From a virus (Duplodnaviria; Caudoviricetes), in the IMG/VR virus record IMGVR_UViG_3300027566_000007, positions 9,341 through 73,340 of that record: 64,000 bases of DNA; one strand, written 5' to 3'. Positions 9,864 through 17,999 of the stretch are shown here, piece by piece; the first letter of the stretch is position 1; each line of letters opens with the position of its first letter. The notes beneath the pieces are model-generated. The model saw only the letters and a program-made list of their open reading frames with translations, was not told where the DNA came from and did no database searches. The position numbers and the translations under genes were made by a program.

Positions 9864-10223
9864 TCATTTTTTTACCTCTTCGGTATGTAACTCCATCCTT
9901 GCAAACCAAACTATAACGTCTGTATTGCCCAATTTCTCTGCAAATCCCTTACTAACGGCCCCGGTTAAATGTGATTTTCCAACTTCAATTAAGGGAACAA
10001 GATTTTTGATAAGTTCTATGAACTCAGAAGGTTCTATCCCGTACTTATAATCTAGTTCTAGCCATACAAGTTCGTCATCGGTTTGATTACTCATATTAAG
10101 TATATGGGCCGCGAGATCACAGCAATCTTCATCTGACATTTCAATTTTATTAGATTGGGCCATTTCAATCATCCTCTGGTGTCTCAGTCTTGCGGTTAGT
10201 CTTTCGTCTTGCATTTCTGGCAT
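9864..10223 (-). CDS. Hypothetical protein, paralog of 22459..22899
   Basis: Shared C..LAAH.LNM...W..L...GI....F..L...L.PLI..G......KGFA..LG pattern. Confidence 0.65.
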   Translation of the reverse strand: MPEMQDERLTARLRHQRMIEMAQSNKIEMSDEDCCDLAAHILNMSNQTDDELVWLELDYKYGIEPSEFIELIKNLVPLIEVGKSHLTGAVSKGFAEKLGNTDVIVWFARMELHTEEVKK

Positions 10224-10291
10224 TTACTACCCGGATTGGCTGTTTCGATTTTATCATTATTTTCACTCCATTACGAACAAAAAAATAAAAA

Positions 10292-10603
10292 TTAGGCTTT
10301 CTGCCTGTCCTCATTAAACCACTGTGTAAAATCTGCATTAGTAACCGTTCTTTTTGCCACTCTTTCGCAGTGTGAACACGTCCAGGTTTCTTCTATTCCT
10401 TGTGAGATCTTAACAATATTTACCAAGCTCATTGAGCTCTCAGTCTTGCAGGCCGAACAGGTACATCTTTTTTTCATGATTGATTCGATGTAACTTTTTA
10501 CATAGTTCCTGTAAGCCTCGTTTCGGGCTTGTCTTATTCTTTCAAGCCTGTCAGCTTCAGCATTGAAGATGTATTGAGTACATTCTGAAAGACCGTTTGA
10601 CAT
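10292..10603 (-). CDS. Zinc-ribbon protein
   Basis: CTCSAC...WTCSHC motifs; first gene of the minus-strand cassette. Confidence 0.6.
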   Translation of the reverse strand: MSNGLSECTQYIFNAEADRLERIRQARNEAYRNYVKSYIESIMKKRCTCSACKTESSMSLVNIVKISQGIEETWTCSHCERVAKRTVTNADFTQWFNEDRQKA

Positions 10604-10619
10604 TTTGTTGCGCTCCGTT

Positions 10620-10716
10620 TAACTTAGTATATAGTAATAGCACTTTATACTATATATACTTAATCTACTTGGTATACTAGATAAACTTTAAATACGATGA
10701 ATACTCTTTTTAAGAC
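10620..10716. promoter_or_regulatory. Divergent archaeal promoter region
   Basis: Minus strand AAGTATATATAG (BRE/TATA) upstream of 10603; plus strand AAACTTTAAATA upstream of 10717. Confidence 0.55.
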
Positions 10717-10872
10717 ATGGCAGAAAAGCAAATAAAAAAACAGAATCCAACTCAGAAAGTATCGCCTGAAAATTTAGAGCGTGTTGCGAATATAGGTAAA
10801 TATGGAGAGTCTTTCGATGATGTATTAAGCAGACTTATAAAATATTGGGAGACTGGAAAGAAGGAGGAATAA
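10717..10872 (+). CDS. Small ribbon-helix-helix/antitoxin-like regulator (51 aa, not in ORF track)
   Basis: MAEKQIKKQNPTQKVSPENLERVANIGKYGESFDDVLSRLIKYWETGKKEE; KYGESFDDVL.RL signature. Confidence 0.65.
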   Translation: MAEKQIKKQNPTQKVSPENLERVANIGKYGESFDDVLSRLIKYWETGKKEE

Positions 10873-11073
10873 ACAATGTATGCAGACATGATGCAAGAGT
10901 TAATAATCCGTGCCGGAAAATGTGCCGAACCAATGAAATAAATGGCTAAAGCGGCGAATAGTATCAGTATACCCCAGGAATTGTTAGATACTATGAAACT
11001 AAAATAAAATTATTGAAAAATAAGTAAGTTAAAATAATCAATCATCGTTAAAAACTAAAAAAGAGGAATTGAC

Positions 11074-11484
11074 ATGAAAACAGTATACAAAATATTAATT
11101 GCAGTCGTAGCAATTTTTTTGTTGCTTGGCTGTGTTGGAAGTAACACAAACAACAGCGAGAATACTAAAGCAGACACCCCACCCGAAACAACAAAGTCTA
11201 CTCCAGCTGAAACGCAAGAAGTCCTAACGGTAACTGAAAATACCCTCACAAAAGACCAGTATGGATATTACTATGTGCAAGGTACAGCCGTTGCGAATAA
11301 AGATCTCGGATACGCTGAAATTGACGCTCAGTTCACAGACGCAGACGGGGCAGTCGTCGGAAGCTTCTTGACTAACACACAAAATCTGAAAAAAGGACAG
11401 ACATGGAAGTTTAAGATAATTGGCCCTGTCGATAGTACCGTAGTTGTGACAGGAGCAAACATTACAAAGGTTTCAGGGTTTTGA
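11074..11484 (+). CDS. Lipoprotein with FxLYD-like Ig domain
   Basis: Lipobox LLLGC, Thr-rich linker, YAEIDAQFTDADGAVVG...NLKKGQTWKFKI. Confidence 0.75.
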   Translation: MKTVYKILIAVVAIFLLLGCVGSNTNNSENTKADTPPETTKSTPAETQEVLTVTENTLTKDQYGYYYVQGTAVANKDLGYAEIDAQFTDADGAVVGSFLTNTQNLKKGQTWKFKIIGPVDSTVVVTGANITKVSGF

Positions 11485-11577
11485 GGGGCTGTATAAAGCC
11501 CTATATTCAACTTTTTTTAATTGGTTAATACATTTACATTAACTTTTTTCAAAACTCTTCTTATAGTCGCTGTTAAA

Positions 11578-11596
11578 TTTTGATTTTCGTTTTTAC
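11578..11596 (+). promoter_or_regulatory. Candidate late-gene motif (TTTTGATTTTC...TTT)
   Basis: Variant of the motif found upstream of terS, portal and scaffold. Confidence 0.4.
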
Positions 11597-11643
11597 CTTC
11601 TCGCTCAGATAAAAATAATCAGAGGTATCCGAGCGAGGAAAAT

Positions 11644-13026
11644 ATGGCTGAAACACCCAATCTATTAACACTAACCCCGGGAACTTTACAGCAATCCACG
11701 TTTACAAAATGTGGTGATGGTTGCAAGTACGACGGGGTAGAACTGACAACAACCGAAAATAAAACAGCGTACACCGCACGCCTGCCGATCACACTAAACC
11801 CAGGGACCACGATATCAGGCGACGGAAAAGCCACGGTAGAATTAGTTACCAGTGCGGACCCTACTGTCTGGAAACCCTTAATTCCAGTTTTCGCATTTTC
11901 AGGAGAAAAATATCTTTTTGAAAATTTTATTTTTGACGGGATGTCAAGCAAACAGTCTGTGCCCTGGGGAAAAGGTTACCATAACCTGTTTGGAGGTAGT
12001 AAAGCTTCGAAAGTCACCATCCAGGGTATGAACATCCATAACTCGATGGGAGATGGAGCACGTATCATAGACAGTAAAGACATCAACTTTGTAAAAAATA
12101 AAGTCTATGGCATCGGGCACGATGGTTTTTACGTGGAAAGGTGTACCGGCGTAGAGGCTGCTGAAAATATTATTTACACCAGGATAGATGCAGCCCTGCG
12201 GTGTCGTGGCTCATCTGATGTGACATTTCGGAATAACTGGATCTACAGCACAAGTAAGTACACGCCCAGGACAGGACCCGGAATAATTGCCCAGATAGAC
12301 GAGACTGCCGGAAGCACCAGCAAAAACGTGAAGATCTTTGAGAACTGGATAGAAGGCTGTGAGGGGCCTGGCATGTGGATAGTAACGCATACATATGATT
12401 ACACTAAGGCAAGTTCTATTGAGATCTACAGAAACGTGATAAAAGCCTGTGGACAGATGCAGGCTGTTAACAAGCTCCCAGGAGTTGCGGGGATCTGCCT
12501 GGACGGGTGGAACGCCGAGGTCTACGATAATACAATAGACCAGTGTTCCGGGGCTGCATTTCGTGTAGGGAACTATATTACGACATCAAAAGGAGATGGG
12601 TACAAGGTCAACATCGAAGGTAACATCCTGACAGGCACTAAAAAAGCCAGTTATCCAGACAAATATAGCGGAATTGGCCTGGTCAACATCCGGGACAATC
12701 ATGAAATTACCGTAGATGAAAACTGTTTCTACGGTAATACTGCAGGCGACTACTACGGCGTAAAACCTACAGGAAGCATCCTGAAGAATCCTGTTTACTC
12801 CGATGCTCAGTACCATCTCTCTACCTCAAGTCCCTGTATGTTCGCAGATAAGCAGCTTGGAAGATACAATAACTCTTCACCTGTAAGCCCGGATGAACCA
12901 GACACACCGGACGAGCCCGACGAACCTACCGAAGACACCCCTGCAGAAGTGTTTGTTACCTGCGATCAGGGAGACGCTGAAAACATTATAAAAAATCTCT
13001 CTGAAAAATATACCATATATAGGTGA
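11644..13026 (+). CDS. Right-handed beta-helix protein (putative polysaccharide lyase; candidate lytic enzyme)
   Basis: NSMGDGAR, IGHDGFYVE and IFENWIEG rungs; paralogous to 716..2293 and 46582..48015; PDEPD linker; no signal peptide evident. Confidence 0.75.
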   Translation: MAETPNLLTLTPGTLQQSTFTKCGDGCKYDGVELTTTENKTAYTARLPITLNPGTTISGDGKATVELVTSADPTVWKPLIPVFAFSGEKYLFENFIFDGMSSKQSVPWGKGYHNLFGGSKASKVTIQGMNIHNSMGDGARIIDSKDINFVKNKVYGIGHDGFYVERCTGVEAAENIIYTRIDAALRCRGSSDVTFRNNWIYSTSKYTPRTGPGIIAQIDETAGSTSKNVKIFENWIEGCEGPGMWIVTHTYDYTKASSIEIYRNVIKACGQMQAVNKLPGVAGICLDGWNAEVYDNTIDQCSGAAFRVGNYITTSKGDGYKVNIEGNILTGTKKASYPDKYSGIGLVNIRDNHEITVDENCFYGNTAGDYYGVKPTGSILKNPVYSDAQYHLSTSSPCMFADKQLGRYNNSSPVSPDEPDTPDEPDEPTEDTPAEVFVTCDQGDAENIIKNLSEKYTIYR

Positions 13027-13030
13027 TTAT

Positions 13031-13597
13031 ATGACCTTAATATCAGATACTAAAGAATATCAGTCAAAAGAAACTGTATGCAATAACACAACTAAAAATT
13101 GTGTAGTACGTGAGTTCACAATTCCGGGAAAATCCGGTAACCAGATATCAATCTCTAAGCTGGGAATTGATATCAAAAATAAAAAAGACGGAATACTATC
13201 AACATGTTTTGTAACTGTTGAGTCTGGAAACAATGAAAAACAGCTTGCAAAGTGGTCAAACTCGAAATCTGATTATACTTCCCGGAATGGAACTGTTGAG
13301 TACCTGGCTCCTGCAGGCAGTGAGGTTAAAATCAGGATATACCTGAAAACTGATGATGCAAACTGTACAGCCTCGGTTAAGAACTTTCTGGGAACCTGGA
13401 AGTATCAAGGCATTAAGCAAGATACAAAAGAAGAAGTTATCGAGCCTGTAGAGCCTGAGAAACCTGCAGAAGTCGCGGAAACGGAAGCTTACCTTGTTGT
13501 GAAATGTACTTCAAAAGAAGTTGAACAGTTGACCGCCGAAATATTAAAAATTGCGCCAAGTGCAAAGGTTTCTACACTGTCCAATGATCCGACTTGA
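13031..13597 (+). CDS. Hypothetical beta-sandwich (carbohydrate-binding-like) protein
   Basis: GGTGA RBS; beta-rich N-terminal domain; C-terminal tail resembles the end of 11644..13026 (xxxVxC). Confidence 0.5.
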   Translation: MTLISDTKEYQSKETVCNNTTKNCVVREFTIPGKSGNQISISKLGIDIKNKKDGILSTCFVTVESGNNEKQLAKWSNSKSDYTSRNGTVEYLAPAGSEVKIRIYLKTDDANCTASVKNFLGTWKYQGIKQDTKEEVIEPVEPEKPAEVAETEAYLVVKCTSKEVEQLTAEILKIAPSAKVSTLSNDPT

Positions 13598-13843
13598 AGT
13601 TGTTTTAACTTCAATTTTCTATTTTAATACTGGACTTTGCTATTGAATAATATGTGCCATCTGATTTTATCTCAGATCGAGCGAGAAGCACAGGATAAGC
13701 TTAAGATAGCCCGACCACTCGGTAAAACCTGCGGAACTTGTGACTTTTTTGAGACAGATGGTACGCTCACATTTGTAGGCACTTGCTCAAAAAAGCAAAC
13801 GCCTGTATCTAAAAATCAACTTTGTAATTTAGGAGTGCAAAAC

Positions 13844-14155
13844 ATGGACTTGATTGAACTCGCAAAAATAGCTACTGCCCTTGTGGTAGTGGCTGGTACT
13901 GTGTACAAATATGCCTCAATGAAATATGGAAAAGAAATTAAAAACGTTGAAATGTCTCTCAAAACAATTGGTGATGAAAAAATATCTGCGCTTGAAGCTC
14001 TTAGCGAGGTAAAAGCCCTCTTTGAATGTGGGAAAGCTGCCGCCGCAGACGGGAAGATCACACCAGAGGAGATGGAAAAAATATATGCGGAAAGTATGGA
14101 GATTGTTAATTCTCCGGCAGTCTCCAAGTTACTCAAGAACTTCGGCAGTGAATAG
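13844..14155 (+). CDS. Membrane-anchored helical protein (lysis-cassette candidate)
   Basis: GGAGTG RBS before ATG 13844; N-terminal hydrophobic segment IATALVVVAGTVY; the ORF track extends it upstream to 13637 through a Cys-rich segment. Confidence 0.55.
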   Translation: MDLIELAKIATALVVVAGTVYKYASMKYGKEIKNVEMSLKTIGDEKISALEALSEVKALFECGKAAAADGKITPEEMEKIYAESMEIVNSPAVSKLLKNFGSE

Positions 14156-14166
14156 GTTGTGTTACT

Positions 14167-14361
14167 ATAAAATTTTCAGAGTGTAACCCGCTCCATCTTG
14201 TAGCAATCATCATTATAGGAGGAATTGAAATTGCTTTAATAGTTACGGGTAACGATGGAGCTTACGCACTCCCTCTTGTTGCAATGATGTGTTTAATTTT
14301 GGGGGTAAAAATTCCCGAAGATAAAGCTTTAGATTTCATTTCACTTTTTATAAAAAAGTAA
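14167..14361 (+). CDS. Putative holin-like two-TM protein, apparent ATA start (not in ORF track)
   Basis: Open frame (M)KFSECNPLHLVAIIIIGGIEIALIVTGNDGAYALPLVAMMCLILGVKIPEDKALDFISLFIKK*; two hydrophobic helices, basic C-terminus; no in-frame ATG/GTG/TTG before the first helix. Confidence 0.55.
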   Translation: MKFSECNPLHLVAIIIIGGIEIALIVTGNDGAYALPLVAMMCLILGVKIPEDKALDFISLFIKK

Positions 14362-14370
14362 TATGTAAAT

Positions 14371-15573
14371 TCATTTCGGTATTAAATCACCCACGTCTTT
14401 CATTTTTTCAGGATTTGCTTTTATCCACTCAACGAAGAGCCGTTCTGCCGTGACTTTTGCTGATTCGTATTCTTGCTGTGAAGTCATTGTAAGAGGCAGG
14501 CCACATCTTAAACAATAGTTTGCACCCGGAGCGTTCATTTCGCTGCATCTGGGGCATTTTCCCGGCTTCATAGGGTCAATTATAGCCTCACTGTCTTCTA
14601 TGCCATACATGGCCTTTACATCCTTGTCCACATCCCGGCCGGAGAGATGGCAGTATATCGCGGGCATGTCGGAGCCTGCAGTCCATCCGAGATAAACTTT
14701 CATTTGTTGCTCAGTCATGTACTCGCTAAGGTGAGTTGCGCGCGCGTGTCTGAAACCGTGAAGCCAAACACGTTTTTTAATTCCCGTTCGTTCAACGATT
14801 TTTATAAGGGCGCACCTTAAACTAATGTCTGAAATCTGAGTATGCCTGTAGTCCCCTGTCGGCCAGAGCGGGGCGTCTGGCTCATCTTTGAGAGGGTGGA
14901 CATCAAGCCATTGTCTAACATAGGAAGCGAAATTAAAAATAAGAACTCTCCTTGCGCCTGTCTTACCGGCAGGGAAGGTTACAGACGCGCCGCCTGATGG
15001 GAGGAATTCAACGTTCTTGATTTTCATACTTAGGATTTCCCCCACTCTGCAGCCGGACTCATATAGAAGACCAAAAAGGGCTTTATCTCGGAGACAGGCG
15101 GCATGGTCTATGATCTCAAGAACCTCTTCTTTTGTCAGGATGTCTTCAGGAAGCTTAGTTCCTTTCAGGTTTCTGCAGCGTATCACCGCCGCTTCTTTTT
15201 CTTTTCCGATATACTTCAAGAATACCTTAAAGTGCGTTCTCATATTGTTTTTTGTGAATTGTGAAAGAGGCTGTCCCTTGTTAAGTCCCCTCTCACATTC
15301 TTTGACTTCCAGGGTGTCTAAGAAGTCTTCTACGTCTTCAATTGTCGTTTTTGAAAATTCAAAATTAGTACTTATCAGAATCTTGGACAATGAAGTTAAC
15401 AGGGTGTGACATGTTTTCTTACTCTTGCCGTCCCTTATTTGCGAGTTAATAAATTTTATAACAAGCTTTTTATTTTCTTCCGAGGCATTAAGTTTTAATG
15501 TTTCAGCCTTCTTTTTTTCGAGCTTTTTCTCAATCGAGATTTTAGTCTTGGGGTTATTTGGGTTCCTTGGCAT
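14371..15573 (-). CDS. int: Tyrosine recombinase/integrase with C-terminal zinc ribbon
   Basis: LYESGCRVGE (R), KTG (K), HGFRHAR (HxxR), LGW and IY (Y) catalytic set; CPRC...YCLRCG tail. Confidence 0.95.
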   Translation of the reverse strand: MPRNPNNPKTKISIEKKLEKKKAETLKLNASEENKKLVIKFINSQIRDGKSKKTCHTLLTSLSKILISTNFEFSKTTIEDVEDFLDTLEVKECERGLNKGQPLSQFTKNNMRTHFKVFLKYIGKEKEAAVIRCRNLKGTKLPEDILTKEEVLEIIDHAACLRDKALFGLLYESGCRVGEILSMKIKNVEFLPSGGASVTFPAGKTGARRVLIFNFASYVRQWLDVHPLKDEPDAPLWPTGDYRHTQISDISLRCALIKIVERTGIKKRVWLHGFRHARATHLSEYMTEQQMKVYLGWTAGSDMPAIYCHLSGRDVDKDVKAMYGIEDSEAIIDPMKPGKCPRCSEMNAPGANYCLRCGLPLTMTSQQEYESAKVTAERLFVEWIKANPEKMKDVGDLIPK

Positions 15574-15832
15574 ATCAAAAGGTAGGTGTTATTGTTATTA
15601 AAAACATTGTATAATTGCAGCCATTATATAACAATTATAATAACAATTACACTTATTAAGTGTCAAACGTCAAAATATTTTAGTATATATAATTTTCTAG
15701 AAAAAAGAGTTGCAGATAATCGAAAATTAATAAGAACATTTATATATTAATAAGTTTGTCTTTGATCGCTCGTAGAGGAGGCAAATCTTACCCAAAAGAT
15801 GTTATCCCGCCTTCTCTTCGGGCAACGTATTT

Positions 15833-16183
15833 TTAGATAACTACAAATACGTTTTCAGTTCCCTGGAAATTTAAGTAGTGTTCTTCTACTAAAAGATTAA
15901 TCACATCTGAGATGCTGTTTTTGGTGATTCCAAACGTGTTTTTTAATATATAATTAAGTTCTTCGTTACTGATTATGTTTTTACTACTGTTATTTAATGA
16001 CTGTATTATATTTTTAACAATGGTTTCGAATGATATAGTTTCTGTGATCTCCACGTTTTTAATAACAATCTTGTCGGCTGCGTCTCCGTCTAACGATGTT
16101 ATTTTTTGATAATGGATTGCAACTCTACTTACGGCAGGTTTGCCGCAGTTTGGACAGATAGTTTTTATATACATGTTAACCAC
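15833..16183 (-). CDS. Zinc-ribbon plus winged-helix-like protein
   Basis: CPNCG motif; helical C-terminus; upstream of the integrase. Confidence 0.5.
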   Translation of the reverse strand: MVNMYIKTICPNCGKPAVSRVAIHYQKITSLDGDAADKIVIKNVEITETISFETIVKNIIQSLNNSSKNIISNEELNYILKNTFGITKNSISDVINLLVEEHYLNFQGTENVFVVI

Positions 16184-16260
16184 CCTGGAGTTTTTGTTGA
16201 CAGGGTTGTGAATTATATAAGCAAAAAAGATATTTAAATGTGATTATTTGTGCTGGAAAA

Positions 16261-16701
16261 TCAGAGTTCGGAGTCCTCGTTATCTATTATTCCATATACA
16301 ATAGAAACGTTTTCTTTTTGAGGTATATCTTTTATTTCTGTTGGGTTGGCTTCTAAGTCTTTCGCCTGGTTGAGGCATTTGATGGCCTCCTTAAATTCAC
16401 CTAGTTCTATACACGCTTTCGCTTTCTTTTTAAGAGCGGATATTCTAAATTTTAAGTCGGTGTGTAGCGTATCAGTGAGGGTTTTTAAACATATTTCATC
16501 AGATAAAAATATAGTTAAAAAGCGGTCTATTGACTCATCAATTAACCCAGTGTCTTCTTTTACAAGATGCTCAGCTACCGCTATTGAAATTAAATCACTA
16601 GGGCTTGAGTATTTTTCATTTTCTGTTTCTTTATCGATTTTTTCCACTAAAAACGGACTCATCGACACGCTAATTGTAATTTTTCTTCGCTTTCGCTCCA
16701 T
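16261..16701 (-). CDS. RHH (CopG/Arc-like) regulator with TPR-like C-terminal helices; repressor candidate
   Basis: KITISVSMSPFLVEKID...YSSPSDLISIAV; ACIELGEFKEAIKCLNQAKDL. Confidence 0.7.
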   Translation of the reverse strand: MERKRRKITISVSMSPFLVEKIDKETENEKYSSPSDLISIAVAEHLVKEDTGLIDESIDRFLTIFLSDEICLKTLTDTLHTDLKFRISALKKKAKACIELGEFKEAIKCLNQAKDLEANPTEIKDIPQKENVSIVYGIIDNEDSEL

Positions 16702-16800
16702 ACAATATAGTATTGTATAGTAAATTATTTATACTCCAACGTTGTATTGTTATTATTGACATGCCAATATTGGTATAGTAAGATTGACATGTTAATGGAG
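16701..16800. promoter_or_regulatory. Divergent switch region with operator-like palindromes
   Basis: TACAATA-TAG-TATTGTA (16701-16717); ATTGACATGCCAAT (16755-16768); ATTGACATGTTAAT (16783-16796). Confidence 0.65.
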
Positions 16801-16807
16801 TGTAAAG

Positions 16808-16960
16808 ATGGAAAAAGTGGAACTAGGAAAAGAAAGTCGCATCTGGAGAAATCTTTCGATGCCAATATCCTTAGAGGTTTGTGAAAAGTTAGGCGTAAAA
16901 CCGGGGGATAATGTACAATTTTATGCATGTGGTGACTCTGTAATTGTCGAAAAGGCATAG
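16808..16960 (+). CDS. AbrB/MazE/SpoVT-family DNA-binding protein (50 aa, not in ORF track)
   Basis: MEKVELGKESRIWRNLSMPISLEVCEKLGVKPGDNVQFYACGDSVIVEKA; GGAG RBS. Confidence 0.75.
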   Translation: MEKVELGKESRIWRNLSMPISLEVCEKLGVKPGDNVQFYACGDSVIVEKA

Positions 16961-16986
16961 AGTGACTGAAAAGGATTGTATGTAAC

Positions 16987-17184
16987 ATGATAAAAACTCA
17001 AAGAAAAGTAACAATAAGCACATCGGTTTCGAGATTTGCAGATAACTGTATAGAACAAATGGTTGAAAGTGAACAATTTTCAAACCGTTCGAATGCTGTA
17101 GAGTCGTCTGCGTTGTTGATGTATTTTGTACTCAATAATGAACAGATTATGAATAAGGCAAAAGAAATTGGAATAGTTCAATGA
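16987..17184 (+). CDS. RHH regulator, paralog of 16261..16701 (Cro-like candidate)
   Basis: RKVTISTSVSRFADNCIEQMVESEQFSNRSNAVE. Confidence 0.7.
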   Translation: MIKTQRKVTISTSVSRFADNCIEQMVESEQFSNRSNAVESSALLMYFVLNNEQIMNKAKEIGIVQ

Positions 17185-17193
17185 GGTGAGACT

Positions 17194-17346
17194 ATGAGAA
17201 TATTATTCACAGCTCCTAATAGTAAGACAGCTTTTGAAAGTCTTAGAGCAACCGGCATTAAAGGTAGAATACTCCTTCACAGAATGCCTCATTGTACCTG
17301 GACTTTTGAAGCTCTTGTAGGCCCTGTTGGGTGTGGTTCCGAATGA
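17194..17346 (+). CDS. Small hypothetical protein (50 aa)
   Basis: GAGGTGAG RBS; MRILFTAPNSK...; not in ORF track. Confidence 0.5.
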   Translation: MRILFTAPNSKTAFESLRATGIKGRILLHRMPHCTWTFEALVGPVGCGSE

Positions 17347-17459
17347 GCGAATCTGAACTGATCCAACAGGCAAAAACGTACTCCGAAGAAACGATAGAAC
17401 AGCTAACAAAAAACGAACCTTTGTACGCTGCGATCCTAACGATTGCTAGACGAGAGTGA
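17343..17459 (+). CDS. Small hypothetical protein (38 aa)
   Basis: ATGA overlap with the previous ORF; MSESELIQQAKTY... Confidence 0.45.
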   Translation: MSESELIQQAKTYSEETIEQLTKNEPLYAAILTIARRE

Positions 17460-17466
17460 GCATTGT

Positions 17467-17502
17467 GCGGCCTGAATACACGGTTCAACTCCTGGGGGCC
17501 GC
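17467..17502 (+). ncRNA. tRNA-like element 1 (minihelix: acceptor stem plus T-loop)
   Basis: GCGGCCT/GGGCCGC stem enclosing GG-TTCAACT-CC; imperfect T-stem. Confidence 0.5.
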
Positions 17503-17582
17503 TACTGTATCAAGACAAAGTAAACCTCCAAAAAATACCCAGGCTTCTGCTTGCCTGGGGTTCCTCCTAATATGAAAATTCA

Positions 17583-17675
17583 ACGTGTGGTCTAAAGCCT
17601 GTTGCAGACCCCTGTGAAGCCAGGTATGATAATAACTACTCAGGCAGGTTCGATTCAATTCCTTCGATGATACGT
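17583..17675 (+). ncRNA. Degenerate tRNA-like element 1b
   Basis: ACGTGT/ATACGT ends, D-loop-like TGGTCTAA, inner GCCTG/CAGGC stem, duplicated T-loop AGG-TTCGATTCAATT-CCT. Confidence 0.35.
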
Positions 17676-17730
17676 AGATCGAGAAAAGAACTCAGCAGTT
17701 GAGGAACTGCTATAAAAAACCTCACCATAT

Positions 17731-17844
17731 GCCGTGCATGGGAGGGCAATAATAAACACCTGCTGTATCCACAAAAAGACCCAAATTCTACCCTTCAACC
17801 TATGACCTACTCAATTGCCCCCAGGTTCAATTCCTGGGCACGGC
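17731..17844 (+). ncRNA. tRNA-like element 2 (acceptor plus T-arm; long insert replaces anticodon arm)
   Basis: GCCGTGC/GCACGGC 7 bp, CCAGG-TTCAATT-CCTGG, GGGCAAT/ATTGCCC stem closing a C/A-rich loop of about 63 nt. Confidence 0.8.
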
Positions 17845-17999
17845 CTGCCCTGTTTTACAGGGGTATAGTTAGAATGTGTTTATCTCAAGCATAGTGTACG
17901 ACGATGGCTCACGGATTGAGTTAGAATGTCCCTACAGACAAGATAAAGCCCTGGTAAATCCAGGGCTAAAATAAAAAACGGGTTGGAAATAATCATCGT

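Noticed and set aside
13637-13843. N-terminal Cys-rich extension as part of the membrane protein
   Set aside because: A good RBS precedes ATG 13844; the upstream in-frame part may be a separate or longer isoform but cannot be resolved.
14153-14170. Pyrrolysine/amber readthrough or frameshift fusing 13844 to the holin-like frame
   Set aside because: Readthrough of TAG adds only four residues before TAA, and there is no slippery site into the holin frame.
14170-14300. attP arm repeats (GCTCCATC/GATGGAGC; imperfect direct repeats)
   Set aside because: The region is better explained as the holin-like coding frame; no att core could be tied to a host sequence without a search.
15017-15409. ORF-track antisense ORFs (also 16346..16720, 19361..19879, 56897..57178, 60494..60955 and similar)
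   Set aside because: They are shadows of well-supported genes on the opposite strand, with no RBS or motifs.
15574-15830. attP core upstream of the integrase
   Set aside because: AT-rich repeats (AACAATTA) are present, but no tRNA 3' half or other recognisable core; it cannot be placed from sequence alone.
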